64,000 bases of DNA, taken from Botryllus schlosseri. Taxonomy: Eukaryota. Below are positions 1-14,132 of this stretch, one piece after another. Both the position numbers and the translations under genes were made by a program. The stretch lies in assembly GCA_051294905.1 (NCBI GenBank), contig CM119371.1:24864001-24928000 (forward strand). The letters are read 5' to 3'. Below the pieces are notes generated by a model. It saw nothing but the letters and a program-made list of their open reading frames with translations. It did no database searches and was not told the origin of the DNA. Each line of letters opens with the position of its first letter. The stretch's first letter is position 1.

Positions 1-264
1 GGAGTATTGCTCTACACGTCATAATATAGTGTATTTTGTCATCGCAATGTGTCCGTAACGTGTTTATATTAGCCAATACGCAGTCTATGAACTGGTGAAC
101 ACATGTATGTGTCTCTAAATTTTTATCTTCATTTTATCATTCAAAGTTTCGAATCAACCAAGTCGACTATATCATTCGAATGCGAAATGAATGTGAGGAA
201 TCGCAGCGAGAAATCGTGATGTGCTTACGAGTATTAACAAGTGAGAGGTTGCATTTTCATTCAG

Positions 265-432
265 CTTTCTCATCTGTCGATATGGGATGGAACAATGACG
301 TCAGATGTCTATTGCGATATCGCGGCTATTATCAGTATCACGGGATGTTCGGCAGTATCTTTCGTGGACTGCAATTTGACAAAGAAGAAGATGAGATGTT
401 TCGCGGTAACCAGCAAAAGAAATCAATTATCT
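265..432 (+). CDS. LRR exon, type A (168 nt, phase 0-0; two 28-aa RI/NLR-like repeats)
   Basis: Acceptor ttttcattcAG and donor GTAAGT bound 56 open codons: LSHLSIWDGTMTSDVYCDIAAIISITGCSAVSFVDCNLTKKKMRCFAVTSKRNQLS. Paralog at 30042-30209 with related flanks. Confidence 0.85.
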
Positions 433-2284
433 GTAAGTTGTAAAGTGTGCTAAGACATTTGCGGTTTTATAGATAGTTGTTATTCCGAAGACAGGACAAG
501 AAAAGAGGCCAAGTATAAATCATACGAAGTCATCACGTTGATTTTAAATTCCCTTTGGACAATTGCAATATACCATGACGTCGCTATACCTATATTGATA
601 ACACCTGCCTGCAAAATAATCTGGTTTCGATTTTTGATTTTTTCAAGTGGTTTTCCCAATTTTTGGGTACTGAATCCGCATATGATCTTAAATTAGGTCT
701 AAAGCGTCAGGTGTTTTAGTAATCAAGATTAATTTAACTCACGAATTTTTGCATTTATCGCATTGATATTGTAAAAAGTAATTAATTAAACTTAGTCAAA
801 TTAGATTAGAGCATAGACCACCAGGACCTAATACTACTAAAATGTAGAGAGTACGATCGACATCGGCAACATTTGCAAGAAAGTGAGCGGTATCATAACA
901 TAGCTATGGAAATTAAACAGCGGCTCTCCAGCCTTTATACCTGTAGTAGTACAGTATTTACATTTGTCATATCATCCGTTAGAGAAATATGACATTAGGA
1001 TAGCCTTTATATACTACAGTATAGAACTTTCGATTTTGAAATGGACTGATGCAAAAAACCATCCACAGTTAAACGAAGGATTTCCAATTATACATACATA
1101 GACTACATACGCGCCACCACCTAATTCGGGGCCCTCGTAAAGTGCGTAAGACGTGTGTTGAGATCGAGTTTTAGATGTTTGACCTAAGGTGAAATGGTGC
1201 GGCTACCATTCAGAATATTCATGGCATAGACTATATAGGAAAAAAGAAGGCATTTGGATGATTGTAATTTCTGTCTTGTGAATGTCACAGGTTACAGACG
1301 TTGAAAAGCATTTTATTCCACACCTGTACTTGGATTCTGCATTGCGACCCAGCTCCTATTTCTGTTTTTACTCATCTTCCTCGAATCGATGAATTTTTTT
1401 CACTATTCCTCTTAGATTGATCACACGACGATCATAAAGATCTTAACTTTAATTGAACCCTGATGCATCAAATGAAATTCTTTGTTTCTTAATTTTATCG
1501 GGGTAAATCACCTGGATTTGCCAAATCACAATGCAGAGTTTAGGGCCCTGAGATTCTAAAAACAACAGCGTAATATTTATATTATATTTATTTCAGGGGA
1601 GAGTTTAACATATTGCCATGATATACCAATTCATCTCTTAAAAGAGTTGGTGGCATGAATACCATTCCGAGGAATGGACGGTATTTATATATAGCTCAAA
1701 ACGCATGTAAAATAGGGTTATCATCATACATGTTCCTTTTTCCAGGTTTTTGAAAATATCCTCCTAGGACGCCTAAACGTCTTCCATTTCGGAAGTTCGT
1801 GCTCCTTTACAGCTTTTAGAGCAGTAGTTCCCAATCGGTGGGGAGAACACCACTGATGGGAAATTCAATGATTTCTGCTGGAGAATAGACGCATTTGCTA
1901 AACATCATATACAGCAGGGGTTCTCAACTTCACATGTACAACGGGCCGCATTTTGCCCGCAAAAGAAGCTGCGGGCCGCAAAACATTATTGCCATGCATT
2001 TGTGAGCTTCTATCAAATTTAGGCTACTGGGGCCTATTAATTAGTCGTATACGGGCGTCTAGTCCATTTTCTTGCATTTCAAAGCATTATTGGTCACTTG
2101 GACAGCGTTCGTAAGTTTTCAATCGCTTTTTTTGCGAGAATATGTATTTTCCGGCGTCGCAAGTAAATCACCTCATGGAGCGTGCGTTGCATTCATTTCC
2201 AAGTCCGTATTTGTACCTTATTATTATTATTACACGCGGTATTACTGTGACGCTTATCGCCGTTTAGGCCTTGTGCGTCACAAC

Positions 2285-2794
2285 TAGGGCTGGGCACAGT
2301 GATTCGAGTACTCGAATCTGAATCGAACATTAAATTTGATGATTCGAGTCGAGTAGTAAAACAGGATTTTTTCGAGTACTGAAATTATACGCTCCTTGCA
2401 ACTGAAAGTTATTTTATTAACGTGGATTTTAGTTTTGATACTATTTTTCACTGAGGAAGCCTTGTTTGTTTGTTTAGCGGTGTCGCAGCATACGAGATAT
2501 GGTACAAAGCTACGAACGTTTCTGGAAATAACACATTTCCGAAGTCATGATCATCCCACAACATTGTCAAGAAATGCAATGAAATCGGTATGGTCGAAAA
2601 AATACCGAGGTATATTTATTGTGTGGGATAACACTCATTTTATCCTTTCTGGTGGCATAAAAGGTACATATTTGAACTTCGACATAGTGCATTCTGTTGT
2701 GACGTCATAATGAGTGATACTCGAATACTCGACTCGAAGCATAATGCGTGATTCAGAATCGAATCACTCAGGTACTCGATTTTGCCCAGCCCTA
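2285..2794. mobile_element. hAT MITE with (A)CTCGA subterminal repeats
   Basis: TIRs tagggctgggca / tgcccagcccta; perfect TSD gtcacaac. Confidence 0.9.
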
Positions 2795-2899
2795 GTCACA
2801 ACACAGGCACTTTTGTGTTACAACAGAGGCCATTATCTATTTAAGCTCTCAGTGAAATGAGAAGAAGTCTGGCGTTTCGGTATCATTTCAGAGCAAACC

Positions 2900-3385
2900 A
2901 ATCAACATATGCCTTTCCTTCCATGGCTGGAGCCCTACACCAATAGTTACATAAGTCAACTTTGTCAAGTTGATGTTTTTCGCTGGTCAGCTCCGCACGT
3001 TTGCCATGCCAGCATTCCTTCTGCAAATATGTCCACTCTGATAAAATGCACCAAGAAAATTAGCTATGCAATGTCTGTGAAGTCGGTGGATTCGTCCAAT
3101 GCTAGGCTAAAGTAGTATACGCGGTTTTCGATGGTCAGCTCCGCACGTTTGCCATGTCAGCATTCCTTCTGCAAATATGTCCACTCTGATAAAAAGCACC
3201 AAGAAAATTAGCTATGCAATGTCTGTGAAGTCGGTGGATTCGTCCAATGCTAGGCTAAAGTAGTATACGCGGCAACTTGTTTCAGAACATGCGATAAAAT
3301 GTCGACGGGCTACTCGTCTTGTCACGATTGAATCGGACAACTTTAGCTTCAAAATTTGTCGGGTAATGTTGTCGTTGCTGCTAAG
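2900..3385 (-). pseudogene. Buster/GTF2IRD2-like hAT transposase remnant
   Basis: Minus strand reads YFSLALDESTDFTDIA (first catalytic Asp motif) and, downstream, APAMEG (TDGAPAM motif region). Stops, frameshifts and a 148-bp tandem duplication (2977-3124 / 3125-3272) are present. Confidence 0.8.
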
Positions 3386-3556
3386 CAGTGTTACCTCTAA
3401 TTTTGACGAGTCTGCGCACACTCATCAACTTACTGCGCAGACCCTTGGACAACCGTGCGTAAAGACTATAAAAAGGTCCTCATTTCGGATTTCTGTGCGC
3501 ACAGATCGTGTCAGCACTGCGCATATGCGCACGTGCCCTGATTGGAGGAAACATTG
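3386..3556. mobile_element. Small hAT MITE (same family as 29502-29694)
   Basis: TIRs cagtgttacctc / gaggaaacattg; TSD ctgctaag / ctgcaaag. Confidence 0.75.
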
Positions 3557-5510
3557 CTGCAAAGTCCCGGAAACAGCGAATATTCGCACAGTATGTTAAA
3601 GTATTAGTGAAATCACACCTTCTCTAGGAGATTTCTAGGGTTTAGCGATATTCCAAAGCGTCTGTAACGTCGTCGGCAATTTTAATAATTCCTCGAACTA
3701 CGGATTACTGGGCTTGATGCCTAGGTAGTAACGTTTTTTCCAAGATCAGGTGATATGTAACCTATAATAAACATTAGTGGTATCATTTCAAGCTTCTACG
3801 CTTCGTTACGACAACTGTTTTTCGACAAATATGACAAATATAGGTTTTCCATTTATATATGAGAAAGCAAATTCATCAAATTCAAGCTGCGCGCGTGCGC
3901 GGCCGCACACTGCTGACAAAGTCGCCACGCACAGAAAATCTGTGCCGCGCACACAAAAAGCCGAAGTGATGACCTTTCTTTCAGTCGTTACGCACCGTTG
4001 TCCAAGGGAGCGCGCGGTGAGTTGGTGAGTGCACGCAGACTAGTGAAAAATTAAAGGCCCATACCAATACTGATTCAGAACAATAACAATCTAAACTCGA
4101 GAACATATCAAGAGACCAGAACACGTCAAAGAATGGGTATTTAAACGAAACAGCGACGGTGCGATAAGAGAGCTATTAAGCTAAATTAATATGCAACAAT
4201 GCTGGGCCAGTAATAATTGCGTTCGTAATGAAAGAAACCGCGGGCCGCAAAATGAATCTCTGCGGGCCGCATGCGGCCCGCGGGCCGCGGGTTGAGAACC
4301 CCTGATATACAGGATAGTCTACATTTACGAAGACACATGCGCGATTACCGTTACCAGTAAACGGCTCAGGAATGTATGTATCGAAAACAATAAATTGAAA
4401 GTGTCCTCAGAGTACGCCTAAATGGCCTCTTTTTCGGGAATTTGTGCTCTTTTTCCCTGAAAAGGACTTAAATACCAGGAAAATTGCGAACCCGACGCGG
4501 CGAATGTCAGAGTTTCGTAAAAGTCGAGTCAAAGTGATTACCATAGCGCAAGTTTTTGCAAATTTTGCAACTTTTTTTTACATCCACTGACAGCTTCCAA
4601 GATACTCGGAATCTATGTACCATGATGTTTTAAGCTGTTTGGATGGATTTTATAGTGCAACTTTTTTCTATTTTTCATGCCAATTTTACTGCATGTTTGA
4701 TCAAATATTGCGTAAAAATGTAAAAGAGTGATTTACAAACATGCCAAAACGATTTCTAGTATGGTTCTATTCGCTTTGATTTGCATAACAAAGAGCTATA
4801 TGATTGATTAGCTGCATATCACTGTTATCTATGAAACAATGGCTTGCAAGCAAGAAGTTCAACTACCCCTGCCAAGCACGTCCGTGTCCGAAACAATATG
4901 TAAATAGGTTTTATAAATAAATTTGAGACAGTTTCCCATTTAACGAACGCCCAGGCGAGATCTCCGAAAATTATATTTTCACTGGGTCACCTTATTCAGG
5001 CTAAGTTTCCAAGAGTGAGTGTTGCTGCAATACGTCGGGTCAAATTTGCAGACCTAGGGGATTTGGAGTGTGTTATTTGACTTGTTTTTGGGGGATGGGG
5101 TTATCAGTCTGCTGTTTGGCTTTTTGGGCAAAATTTATTCCCGCAATGCGTAATTCTCTTGCTGGGTACAGGGAAAATGTAATTATGACGGTCTCGGTGG
5201 AATGCCAGAATGTCCGTGAAATGTAACAAATTCAAAAACTCTGTGGGAACTATGTTATACAACGGAACGTTTTGAGTATCTCATACCCCAGGGGCGGGCA
5301 ACTTCTCCAGTCGGTGGGCCGGATATAGGAAAATTAAGCACTCGGCGGGCCGGATTGCTTAATCGATAGATTATTCGCCCATTTATTCAGTTATACAAGG
5401 AATAAATCGTATTTAAAGAATGTATTTTAACGACAGCAATGTCATTTCAAGCGATTTCTCGCCGATAATGACGATGACAATGAGGAGTTGAGAACCGTAT
5501 TGTCATACAG

Positions 5511-5811
5511 CAGTAGTTCTCAAACTTTTTAAACACGCCTGCTTTTTGATGGTGAAAAATTCTGCGCCCCCCTTCCTTATCATGATATATTAAAGAGAGA
5601 AACCAGAATGCTAGCCATCCCAATGGGTAGTTTGATGGCATTAAAGGTTATGGCTATTGATGAGAGAGTTCTCAAATATGAAATTCGTACACTATACATA
5701 GCAATCACCATAAGCTGGAAGTAAATCGCGCGGAGCGCGAAAAATTTTCAGTTAACTGCGACTTCGCGTCACTTTTAGATACTTTCCCGTCCCACAGGTT
5801 GAGAACCGCTG
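5511..5811. mobile_element. ~300-bp hAT MITE (family also at 12161 and 39108)
   Basis: TIRs cagtagttctcaa / ttgagaaccgctg; TSD tcatacag / tcatacat; interior homologous to the other two copies. Confidence 0.85.
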
Positions 5812-5920
5812 TCATACATGCACCGCCATATCTGTTTCTCTCTCATCAATCAACACAAGGTGCAATCTTAAATTATGATTTAGGACGTTCGATAAGCCCT
5901 GTACCTCCAATTTAGTAGGT

Positions 5921-6130
5921 GAGGAGATAGCGTAGTTGTATAATCCACAGCTACAAAACCGATGTGTTGTGGGTTCAAGTCTGACTCCAGAATTCCTACC
6001 GAAGTGTTGGAGCTTTATCTAGGCTTCTCCTCGCCATCTCATCGGCATGATTACTAAGCTGTATCTCACAAAAGCCTGGACGTGTACCGTGCTACCAGCA
6101 GTTGGCGGTTACGGAATGAAAAATTAGAAA
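5921..6130 (+). mobile_element. Possible tRNA-derived SINE
   Basis: A-box-like tagcgtagttg (5928) and B-box-like ggttcaagtc (5972) at tRNA spacing. Single copy in the window; 3' end uncertain. Confidence 0.35.
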
Positions 6131-8894
6131 TATCGGCCTGGTGTAAATGACCATTGTGGACGACTAACACCATGATTACCACCAATAACATTAGGGATGA
6201 GTACATAGTTAATGCTGACAACGCTAGTCTTTTCGCTTCAACGAACTTGCCCGTAAGCTCCACTCTCGCACGCTGCGCAGGGCGCACACCAGGATATAAT
6301 AACACACAGTCACTAAAATTTGACGTAGTAAGCAAGAAGTGGGATATCTCGGCAGACTGATGGGCCGCAGGCCACGTTATCATGTAAGACGGGAATCTGT
6401 CCGCGGGCCGGACAAAATGCCGTTGCGGGCCGAATCCGGCCCTCGGGCCGTATGTTGCCCGCCCCTGTAATACCCTATTAATCCAACATGAATTATACAT
6501 GCAACTTTTTACTGCAACTTTTGTCAAAATTAGGTGCAACTTTATCGCGATTTTAGTGCAACAAAAATTGCCCTTCTGATCACCTTTTTTAGTCAACACA
6601 ATACTACTATCGCCCTAAAAATTTTCAACGTCTCCAGGTTTCTTAAAGCTTTCAGAATTTCTAAAAAGTGTCGTCTTTTTAGGATATCAAATAGGGTAAC
6701 CCTACTTTAAAGGTATATAGGAGTTTTGGGTAGGGCGGATTGAAGACTCCGAATAAATAAAAGTAGGGAATGAAGGCAGAAAGGTTGGAAACTACTGTTT
6801 TGGAGCTAAGATAATGGATAGATTCGAGTGAAATTGGGCATAAATAACTCTACATAGGAAAATTCGTGGTTTAAACGTACGCAACGACCTTTTTTCTTGA
6901 AAACCAAACACAACGACGTCGTAAATTTACCATTTTTTTGGATTTTACTCCAGTATCGTAAGTCTGAAAATTTTGAAAAGTGTCCGCCTTTACCGAATCC
7001 AAAATATGATAACCCTGTTATAGGAGTGTTTTTTTTTCGTAATGGCAATCAATCTGGCCTATTTCTATCGAACATTCCCTTACTCTAAGAGATGAATATG
7101 AAAACAGCCAGCTTAGCTTGATTCCAACAAATAAGAAATGAGCAATATTATTGGCCATGGCCAACTAAAAACACGGCCTCACTGTCTGCTTATTGACCTG
7201 AAATTAAGAGGCCTAAAGTCTACTTTCCAACCCTTACCAGCTGTGCACTCAATTGTTCAGAAAATGCTATATTGTCGTAACTCTCCCTGTCTCTGGTACT
7301 CCAATAACACACCGATGCAGAATGAATGTAACAAATAGTCTATTGCTGCAATATATAACGAAAAATTAGGAATGAAACTTTTATCATCAAAGAAAAATGG
7401 GTTCAGAAGCTCTTGAATTAGAGCTTTAAAAAAAACAATATCATAGCCTCACAGAACAATCAATTCTTTTGCCTTTCCCTCTCTTTAAATTGGCGAAGCG
7501 AGTATTACCCGAGTGAGAAATGCACCAATTTTTTCTGATTATTGTAAGAAATGTTCACAATTTTCTTGAACGAAACATTTCCACAATTTTCACTGTGTGC
7601 ATTGCAACCAATTCGGGATTTACCTAACACAACTTTCAACACGTGTTTTGCCCTTTTTGTGATTTGTATGATTAAGATTGCAGCAATGTGAGGTACTAAA
7701 CCGAAGTGGGCGTTAAATATAGTATCAAGAAAAATTCCGGCCCGCCAAAAAGTTGTGCACTCGGAATTTGGCCCGCGACTAGCAAAAGGTTGCCGACCCC
7801 TGGTATAGACGAAAACAAATTATTAGAATTGACAGTCCAAGCAAGATAAACAACCAGACATTAAAATGAGAATTAGTGCAATTTCTTAGGCTGTAATGAT
7901 ACTCGGCCACGGAAGTAATTGACCTAGCAGTATCTGGTACAGAGAGCAAAACGTTATAAATAATGCGAGCAAAACCCCCGACAAATGGATACAATAAAAC
8001 ATTAGAATCGACAGTCTTACTGGAAGCAGAATAACTATCATGAGGGGATAGAGAACAGAAGCCCGGGAAGTGACCATCAGAAAGTACTGCATACCGGCCG
8101 AACAAATGCATGATCACAAAAATGGTCTTTTAATTGTCAATATTGATACTAAATGACACCACCGCGACATTTGGCAAATACAGCACCGGAGTCAACCAGT
8201 GCAACCTTTTATATAAGCGCCAACCAAACACCACATTAGTTTTCCCATCTACTACTTAGCGCTTGGCAGATGGAAATACGCATTAAAGCGAACGGACGCG
8301 ACTTATCGCAGTCTTGCATTTCTGCTCGTTATTTCTCTTCGTTCCTCTTTGCTTTCGCATTCGCTTGAGAGAAACAGTTGGACGCGTTTACGGATCGTGA
8401 ATTCCCGGCTTAGGGATGATTCTTCCTCCAATTGTCAGCAACTTGAAAATTGAGAACACTGTTGTTGCAAAATGCATGACAATTTGAAAGTTAAAGCCCT
8501 TGAATCGTTACAAGTGCGATAAACATAAGACTACAATTACAATATTTAGCAATAATTAACAATTCTATTATGTTGATCGAGTCCCAATAGATGAAACATG
8601 TCAAAGAATTTGCTCAAATTTTTTTTATAATTTGATCGATTCCGAAATCCTCTCAAAGTACACCTTTCAAGAATTTGATTTCAAGAATCCCAAAATTTTA
8701 CTATTCAAAGTTAGATGGCTTTACAAATACAAGCAAACAGTTTGCATCGCAATTGACAATTCTGTACAGAACGCTGCGAGGTGTTTCAGTAGGCCTACCC
8801 TAAATGGTTTCCCTGACACGCACGATGTTATTGGCCTATACAAATAAATTTTGAGCATAGGCCGTCTAAAAGCATTAAAAAAACAGTCTGTAGT

Positions 8895-9368
8895 TGCTTA
8901 AGTCTCACAAAAATGCTGAATCTGCACCAGTGCGCTATCAATTGGAGGTTCGCAAATTTTATCATAATATTGAGCCGATGCTTACATTTACAGTAAATAC
9001 AAAATATGTAATGACTTTAAATGGAAGGTTCAACACAACTCAAATTTGGAACAACGCCAACTATTTGAGAATACGTGGTGTATTATATCTTAGTGGTACG
9101 ACACGAATTTTGGACGCATGACAATCACACGCAGCAAAAAAAAACATACTCTGTAACTGCTGAACTCTTACAATGTCATAAAAATACTTGTAATCTACAC
9201 TGGTGTGCTATCAATTTTAGGTTTGAAAAGTGCATCTTGATACAGAACGGATACTTACATTTACAGTAAATACACACTATTTTGCCACATAAACTGGAAG
9301 GTCCAACACGACTGAACTTTGGATCAAAGCCCACTATTTGAGAATCCCTGCAGTATCATATCATAGTC
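8895..9368. repeat. Diverged two-copy tandem duplication, period about 270 bp
   Basis: Shared blocks gctatcaatt, cttacatttacagtaaataca, tggaaggt and actatttgagaat occur in the same order in both copies. Confidence 0.75.
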
Positions 9369-12160
9369 AAAAATACCGGCACGAAATTACAAACATCGGT
9401 CAATAAGGGATATGTAACAATCATCTAAATTCAACAAATGGTGTGAAATATGGCCTGACAAGCTAGATATGCTAATTAACATCACATCGAGTGAATTTAG
9501 CAAAAAATTATAATATTTCTGCTACGAGTTTGGAAGATTCCACTATGATTCATTACAAAATTTGTACGTATATTTCCTACAATATCAGTCCCTTTACCAG
9601 ATGCAGTGGAATCATGGAATATCAATTGAAAGTAGACGTTATGATCATTATCAGGGTCTTCTATACTCTCCTACCCACGACGAAAGCTGTTCCTGTTGTG
9701 AATAATATCTCAAATGTACATATTAGGAATATTTGGCCATACCTGTTTTTTTTCTGGTCAGAGAGTCTTGCTTTTACACTTACAGGCTCTCAACTCGGTT
9801 TGGTGCGCTATTTGTAAAACATCAGTGCTGCTGTTTCTGGAATCGGAAGCAGTAACCAACATTATGTCAGATAGTCTCCCACATGTTATGATACAAGGCT
9901 GACATAAGAATGCAATTTTTTCTCACCTTACGTGGATAAATGTAGACGACCAGCGATTTCAGCAGCACATCAACAATATACCGGTAATGCATTGACTTCC
10001 TTGCCGGCATCATACTCATAAACTATTTAATGTATGTAAAATGGCTGTAGCTGATATCCTGCTACAATACAATGTTACAAATAACTGAAAATACGGTACT
10101 ATTGTTATGTACACCGAAACAGTTCAGGCGAAATAAAATAGACGTCATTCTGGACGTGTTTGAAGGAAGCCAGTCAGCTCTCGCCTCCATATACCACATG
10201 CAATTACTTCGAAACAACAAGATACCTCGCAAGCTATAAACAAGTATAGGCCGTTTGGTTTTACCCAGTGCCCATGTCGGTCACAATTCTGATCGGGTAT
10301 TTACAATACAATAAAGTACGCAATTACTCACACAAGAAGCGTCGCCTGTGCTACCTGCCAGATACAGAGAGTGACAAAAAATTCAAATTAGTCACGCAAC
10401 GATGATCATTCACTGTTTATTTTCGAAATAAAACTAGGACCCATGCCCAGTGTACATACAAGACAACGAATAAACTTAATGGAGGCCGTAAATGAAAAAA
10501 TGAACGGTTCAATAGACCAATACGAGTTTTCACTGTTTACAGCCGTATACATAGTGAAACCAAACATAGTAACGATATCTAATGGATCCAACGAACTTAT
10601 TAAATGTGAAAGAATATCACCCCAACGAAATTATTCATGTTTAAATGTCACCCAAGATTATTCTTTTTACATATTTTAGACATATCCTTGCAACAATAAA
10701 ATCGTAACCTGATCGGCACCATCCCGCATGGTTCTTTTATGGTTGGATGTTTGCTGGGGGCCCGAGAATGGATTCAGATGTTGAATGCGGCCTGCGAGCA
10801 CAAAAGTTTGCCCACCCCTGTCCTAGAGTCACAGTCCTGTTCAATGCCTGGTATTCGCCGGCGCTGATATGGCTATTTCTCTAAAGGTGCATTTTTCCAT
10901 TATCATATTACCTAAATATAGACCGCTTTGGACATGAGATCGCGCTAAACGCGACGAAATTTTCAATTGAATAAATCTCCTCATAGAAAAGACGAACGAT
11001 ATAGTTTTTGGCCCCATAGTTCCACCATAGTTGGGAATATTATTACTATTCTGGGTCAGCTTCAAACAATTCTTTGTAAATGGGATACTACAGAGAAGTG
11101 AAGGAATTTTCTTTGATATACAAGCTGTACAATTGTTAATAATATGTCTTGTTCTTAGTGAAGTTGCGATGTCAGAACCTTCAATCCAATGATACAATCA
11201 ATTCATGAGGACTCTTACATTATGAACAATGATTTCAATGCCGGTCGTTTAAGACGGACTCCAAAGATTGATGTGTTGTGGTAAATCAGGGCCGGCCAAC
11301 CCGTGGCCCACGAGAAGGTTTTGAGTTTCCCGCGAGGTAATTTCTGAATTTTTTAATATAATCAAAAATGGATTGCACAGATTGTGAACTTGCAAGGCCA
11401 ACCAAAACTTGATTAGTCTGGTCGCAACACTTGGGATGTGATGACTAAAATTTCAGTTGTGACGCATTGACCGATCCATCAGCCATTGAGATATTGTTAT
11501 ATCATAGTGTCCTATATGGTGTCGACACAAGCAAATCTCACGGCTCAGTGAAATTGTATCACGTCACAATTTCCATTTAGCTACAGGCAATTTGACGGTC
11601 ATTTTTGACCTGCTTGCCGAGGATTAAATTTAGCGAAACGGGTATCAATCGAAAGCTGACTCTGCACTGATTACGCTCGCGGCGCTGGAACCAGGGCATG
11701 GTATGGTATGGAATGGAATGAGAATCTTCCATACTCCATACCCGCCAAATCGTTCCATACCATACTTGACGATTTTCCATACCATACCAACATTCTTCCA
11801 TACCATATTTGATACTTTTTCCATACTTTCGAAACTTGACCAACCTCTCAAGTGATATTCTATTTTTGACGTGTGGAAATGTTCCGGCGTATATATTCTA
11901 ATTATTTTGGATGAGATTATTCATTTAAACAGTCCTGATGCACCAATGATATCCCCAATTTCTTTGTATCATATGTCGTTAGCGATGTAGGAACGTATGA
12001 TGTAGGCCTATGTATCCCACAGGATTATTTGGAAATCACAAACAGAATCTCACGACATGTAAATCTAATGTGGTAACGCACTGCTAGCATAACCTCATCT
12101 ACAGAATTACATAAAACAAAGGTACTGTCAAATTATAAGATAGGTTCCCAACCTTTATAC

Positions 12161-12465
12161 CAGTGGTTCTCAACCTTTTTTAGACACGCCCTCCTAGTGA
12201 AAAATTTCGCGCCCCCCTTATCGTCATATCACAAAATCTAACCGGGATGCTAGCAACCCCAACAGATTGTTTGATGGCATGGAAGGTTATGACTGTTGAT
12301 GAGAGAAAAAATCTGAAATTCGGTCTATATAGAGAGAAACATGCGTGAATTGGAAGTAAATCGCGCATAGCGCGATTTTTTCCTGTTAACCGCTTCTTCG
12401 CCCCCCCTTCAGTTGCTTTCACGTCTTCCAAGGGGGGAGGGCGCCCCCCAGGCTGAGAAACACTG
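12161..12465. mobile_element. ~300-bp hAT MITE
   Basis: TIRs cagtggttctca / tgagaaacactg; perfect TSD ctttatac. Confidence 0.92.
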
Positions 12466-12780
12466 CTTTATACACTTTTAAATTGATCCTCCAATAAAAT
12501 TTGATAAGACTTTCTTTTGTAAAGACTTGCTGTTGGTGAAAGTTAAGACCCCCAGAATGGAACAGCACGCAATAAAATTAATGCGCAGTGAACTGATAAC
12601 CGTACACGCAATGTTGCGCCTCCTTAAAATGGATATGTGAGGTAAGCCCACAAAAACTTGGAAGAGTTTGTAATTTTTCCAAATGTACCAAGGTGGGTAG
12701 CATCAATTTACATGTGTAAATGTCGAATATATTGCATGAGTCAGATAAACTACCTGGTGTAGACGAGCTAATGCGTATGG

Positions 12781-13225
12781 TAGGCTTACCATATTTTGGA
12801 AATCTAAAAAGAGGACACTTTTTCAGAAATTTGAGACTTGCAAAACCGGAGAAGAATTCTCAAAACCGGTGAATTTTTCCCACTTTGTGATCGGTTGACT
12901 AAAAAAAAAAGTCATCTTGTCCGCTCAGAGCTCAAAATACCGCGTTTCTTCCCGCATTGCTAGGTGGATGACTAAAGAAAAAAAAAGGTCATCTTTCCGC
13001 CCAGAGTTAAAATATCCGTTTTTCACTCCGAAATACCCGCCGGAGCGTCAGTTCTGTGCTAATTTACGGCATATCACTCGCAATTTGCTCTAAATCTGAC
13101 CTAAATTTTCAAAAAAAGAGGACAAAATCTCAAAAAAGAGGACAAAAGGGCGTCCTCCGAGGACACTTTCAAAAAAGTCAAAAAAGAGGACAAATCCTCT
13201 TAAAAGAGGACGTATGGTAACCCTA
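12781..13225. mobile_element. hAT-like MITE with AAAAGAGGAC subterminal repeats
   Basis: TIRs taggcttaccata / tatggtaacccta; perfect TSD gcgtatgg. Confidence 0.9.
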
Positions 13226-14132
13226 GCGTATGGTAGATATAAGCCACCATAACCCGCATCCCCATTGCATCCCCATCGCATCCCCATCGGTTGGAAACAT
13301 CTGCATTGGGATATATCGTTAAATAAATTTTATATCACTACAATCATTTTGCAACAGCTAGTCAAAGGTCTATTTTCTCCACCAATCTGTGGGTCACACT
13401 CGTTTTCTTCATTAGCCAGACATCAAGGTGTCCGCTGTCCACTATATCAGAAACAACCAGATTTCATGAAGTTACAATGCGTGTTGTAGGCCTAGCCTAC
13501 ATATCGTTAGTCACTTCAAGACAAGCTAGGCTACATATTTTTGAATTACAATCATGGTTCTGTCAAATAGATATTGCTTGACGATCATCCTCCTAAAGCG
13601 CAGAAAATTAACAAATTGATAAAAATATTGATGTAACTTCTACATTCTCAGAGTCTACGATTTTAGAACTATATACATTGGCTATTTACGTAGTGGAAGT
13701 TACGATAAGCGAAATGCAATTGTAACGCGACAGCGGTCGAATATCATTCATTTTTATGATATTTAAATCGGAATAATTTTGTCGATATTATTTCCATTCA
13801 TAAGCGCGACGCAAAACTTTGTTGTCTTCACATAGATGTCGACCTGGATGGGTGAGTCATGAATCACAATTTGAGATATGAACATAGACAATGAGCGATT
13901 TTACGTGGTATGCAATCAATTTGACAAATGTAAAGTAGGATTATTGTCATGGTTCTGGCAAAACTGTCAAATTATGGAAAAGTATGGAAGTATGGAAAAC
14001 ACATTCCATACCATACTTGGGAAATTTCCATACCATACCATACTTGCACTCTTCCATATTCCATACCGAAATTTCGTTCCATACCATACCATACTTCCAT
14101 ACCATACCATACCATACCATGCCCTGCCTGGA

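Larger units (their letters stand above)
1915..4304 (-). mobile_element. hAT (Buster/SPIN/Charlie-type) deletion derivative
   Basis: TIRs caggggttctcaac / gttgagaacccctg; perfect TSD atatacag; GCGGCCCGC-type subterminal motifs; transposase remnant inside. Confidence 0.9.
5289..6467. mobile_element. hAT non-autonomous element
   Basis: TIRs caggggcgggcaac / gttgcccgcccctg; TSD tcataccc / taataccc. Confidence 0.85.
1822..6797. mobile_element. hAT MITE expanded by nested insertions
   Basis: TIRs cagtagttcccaa / ttggaaactactg; 8-bp TSD ttttagag / ttttggag. Confidence 0.7.
1713..7017. mobile_element. Old hAT-like non-autonomous element (TAGGGTTA family), outer shell of a nested cluster
   Basis: Ends tagggttatcat / atgataaccctg are inverted. 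The interior resembles 12781-13225 and 25298-25680. No clear TSD. Confidence 0.5.
11692..14126. mobile_element. 2.4-kb hAT non-autonomous element with (TATGG/CCATA)n subterminal arrays
   Basis: TIRs cagggcatggtatggtatgg / ccataccataccatgccctg; TSD gctggaac / cctggaac. The empty site is at 40234-40241 in another copy of the host repeat. Confidence 0.9.

Noticed and set aside
5921..5990. Functional tRNA gene
   Set aside because: A- and B-box-like motifs are present but I could not fold a full cloverleaf; kept only as a possible SINE head.
6066..6599. 177-aa minus-strand ORF
   Set aside because: It crosses a transposon terminus and its TSD and has no recognisable domain.
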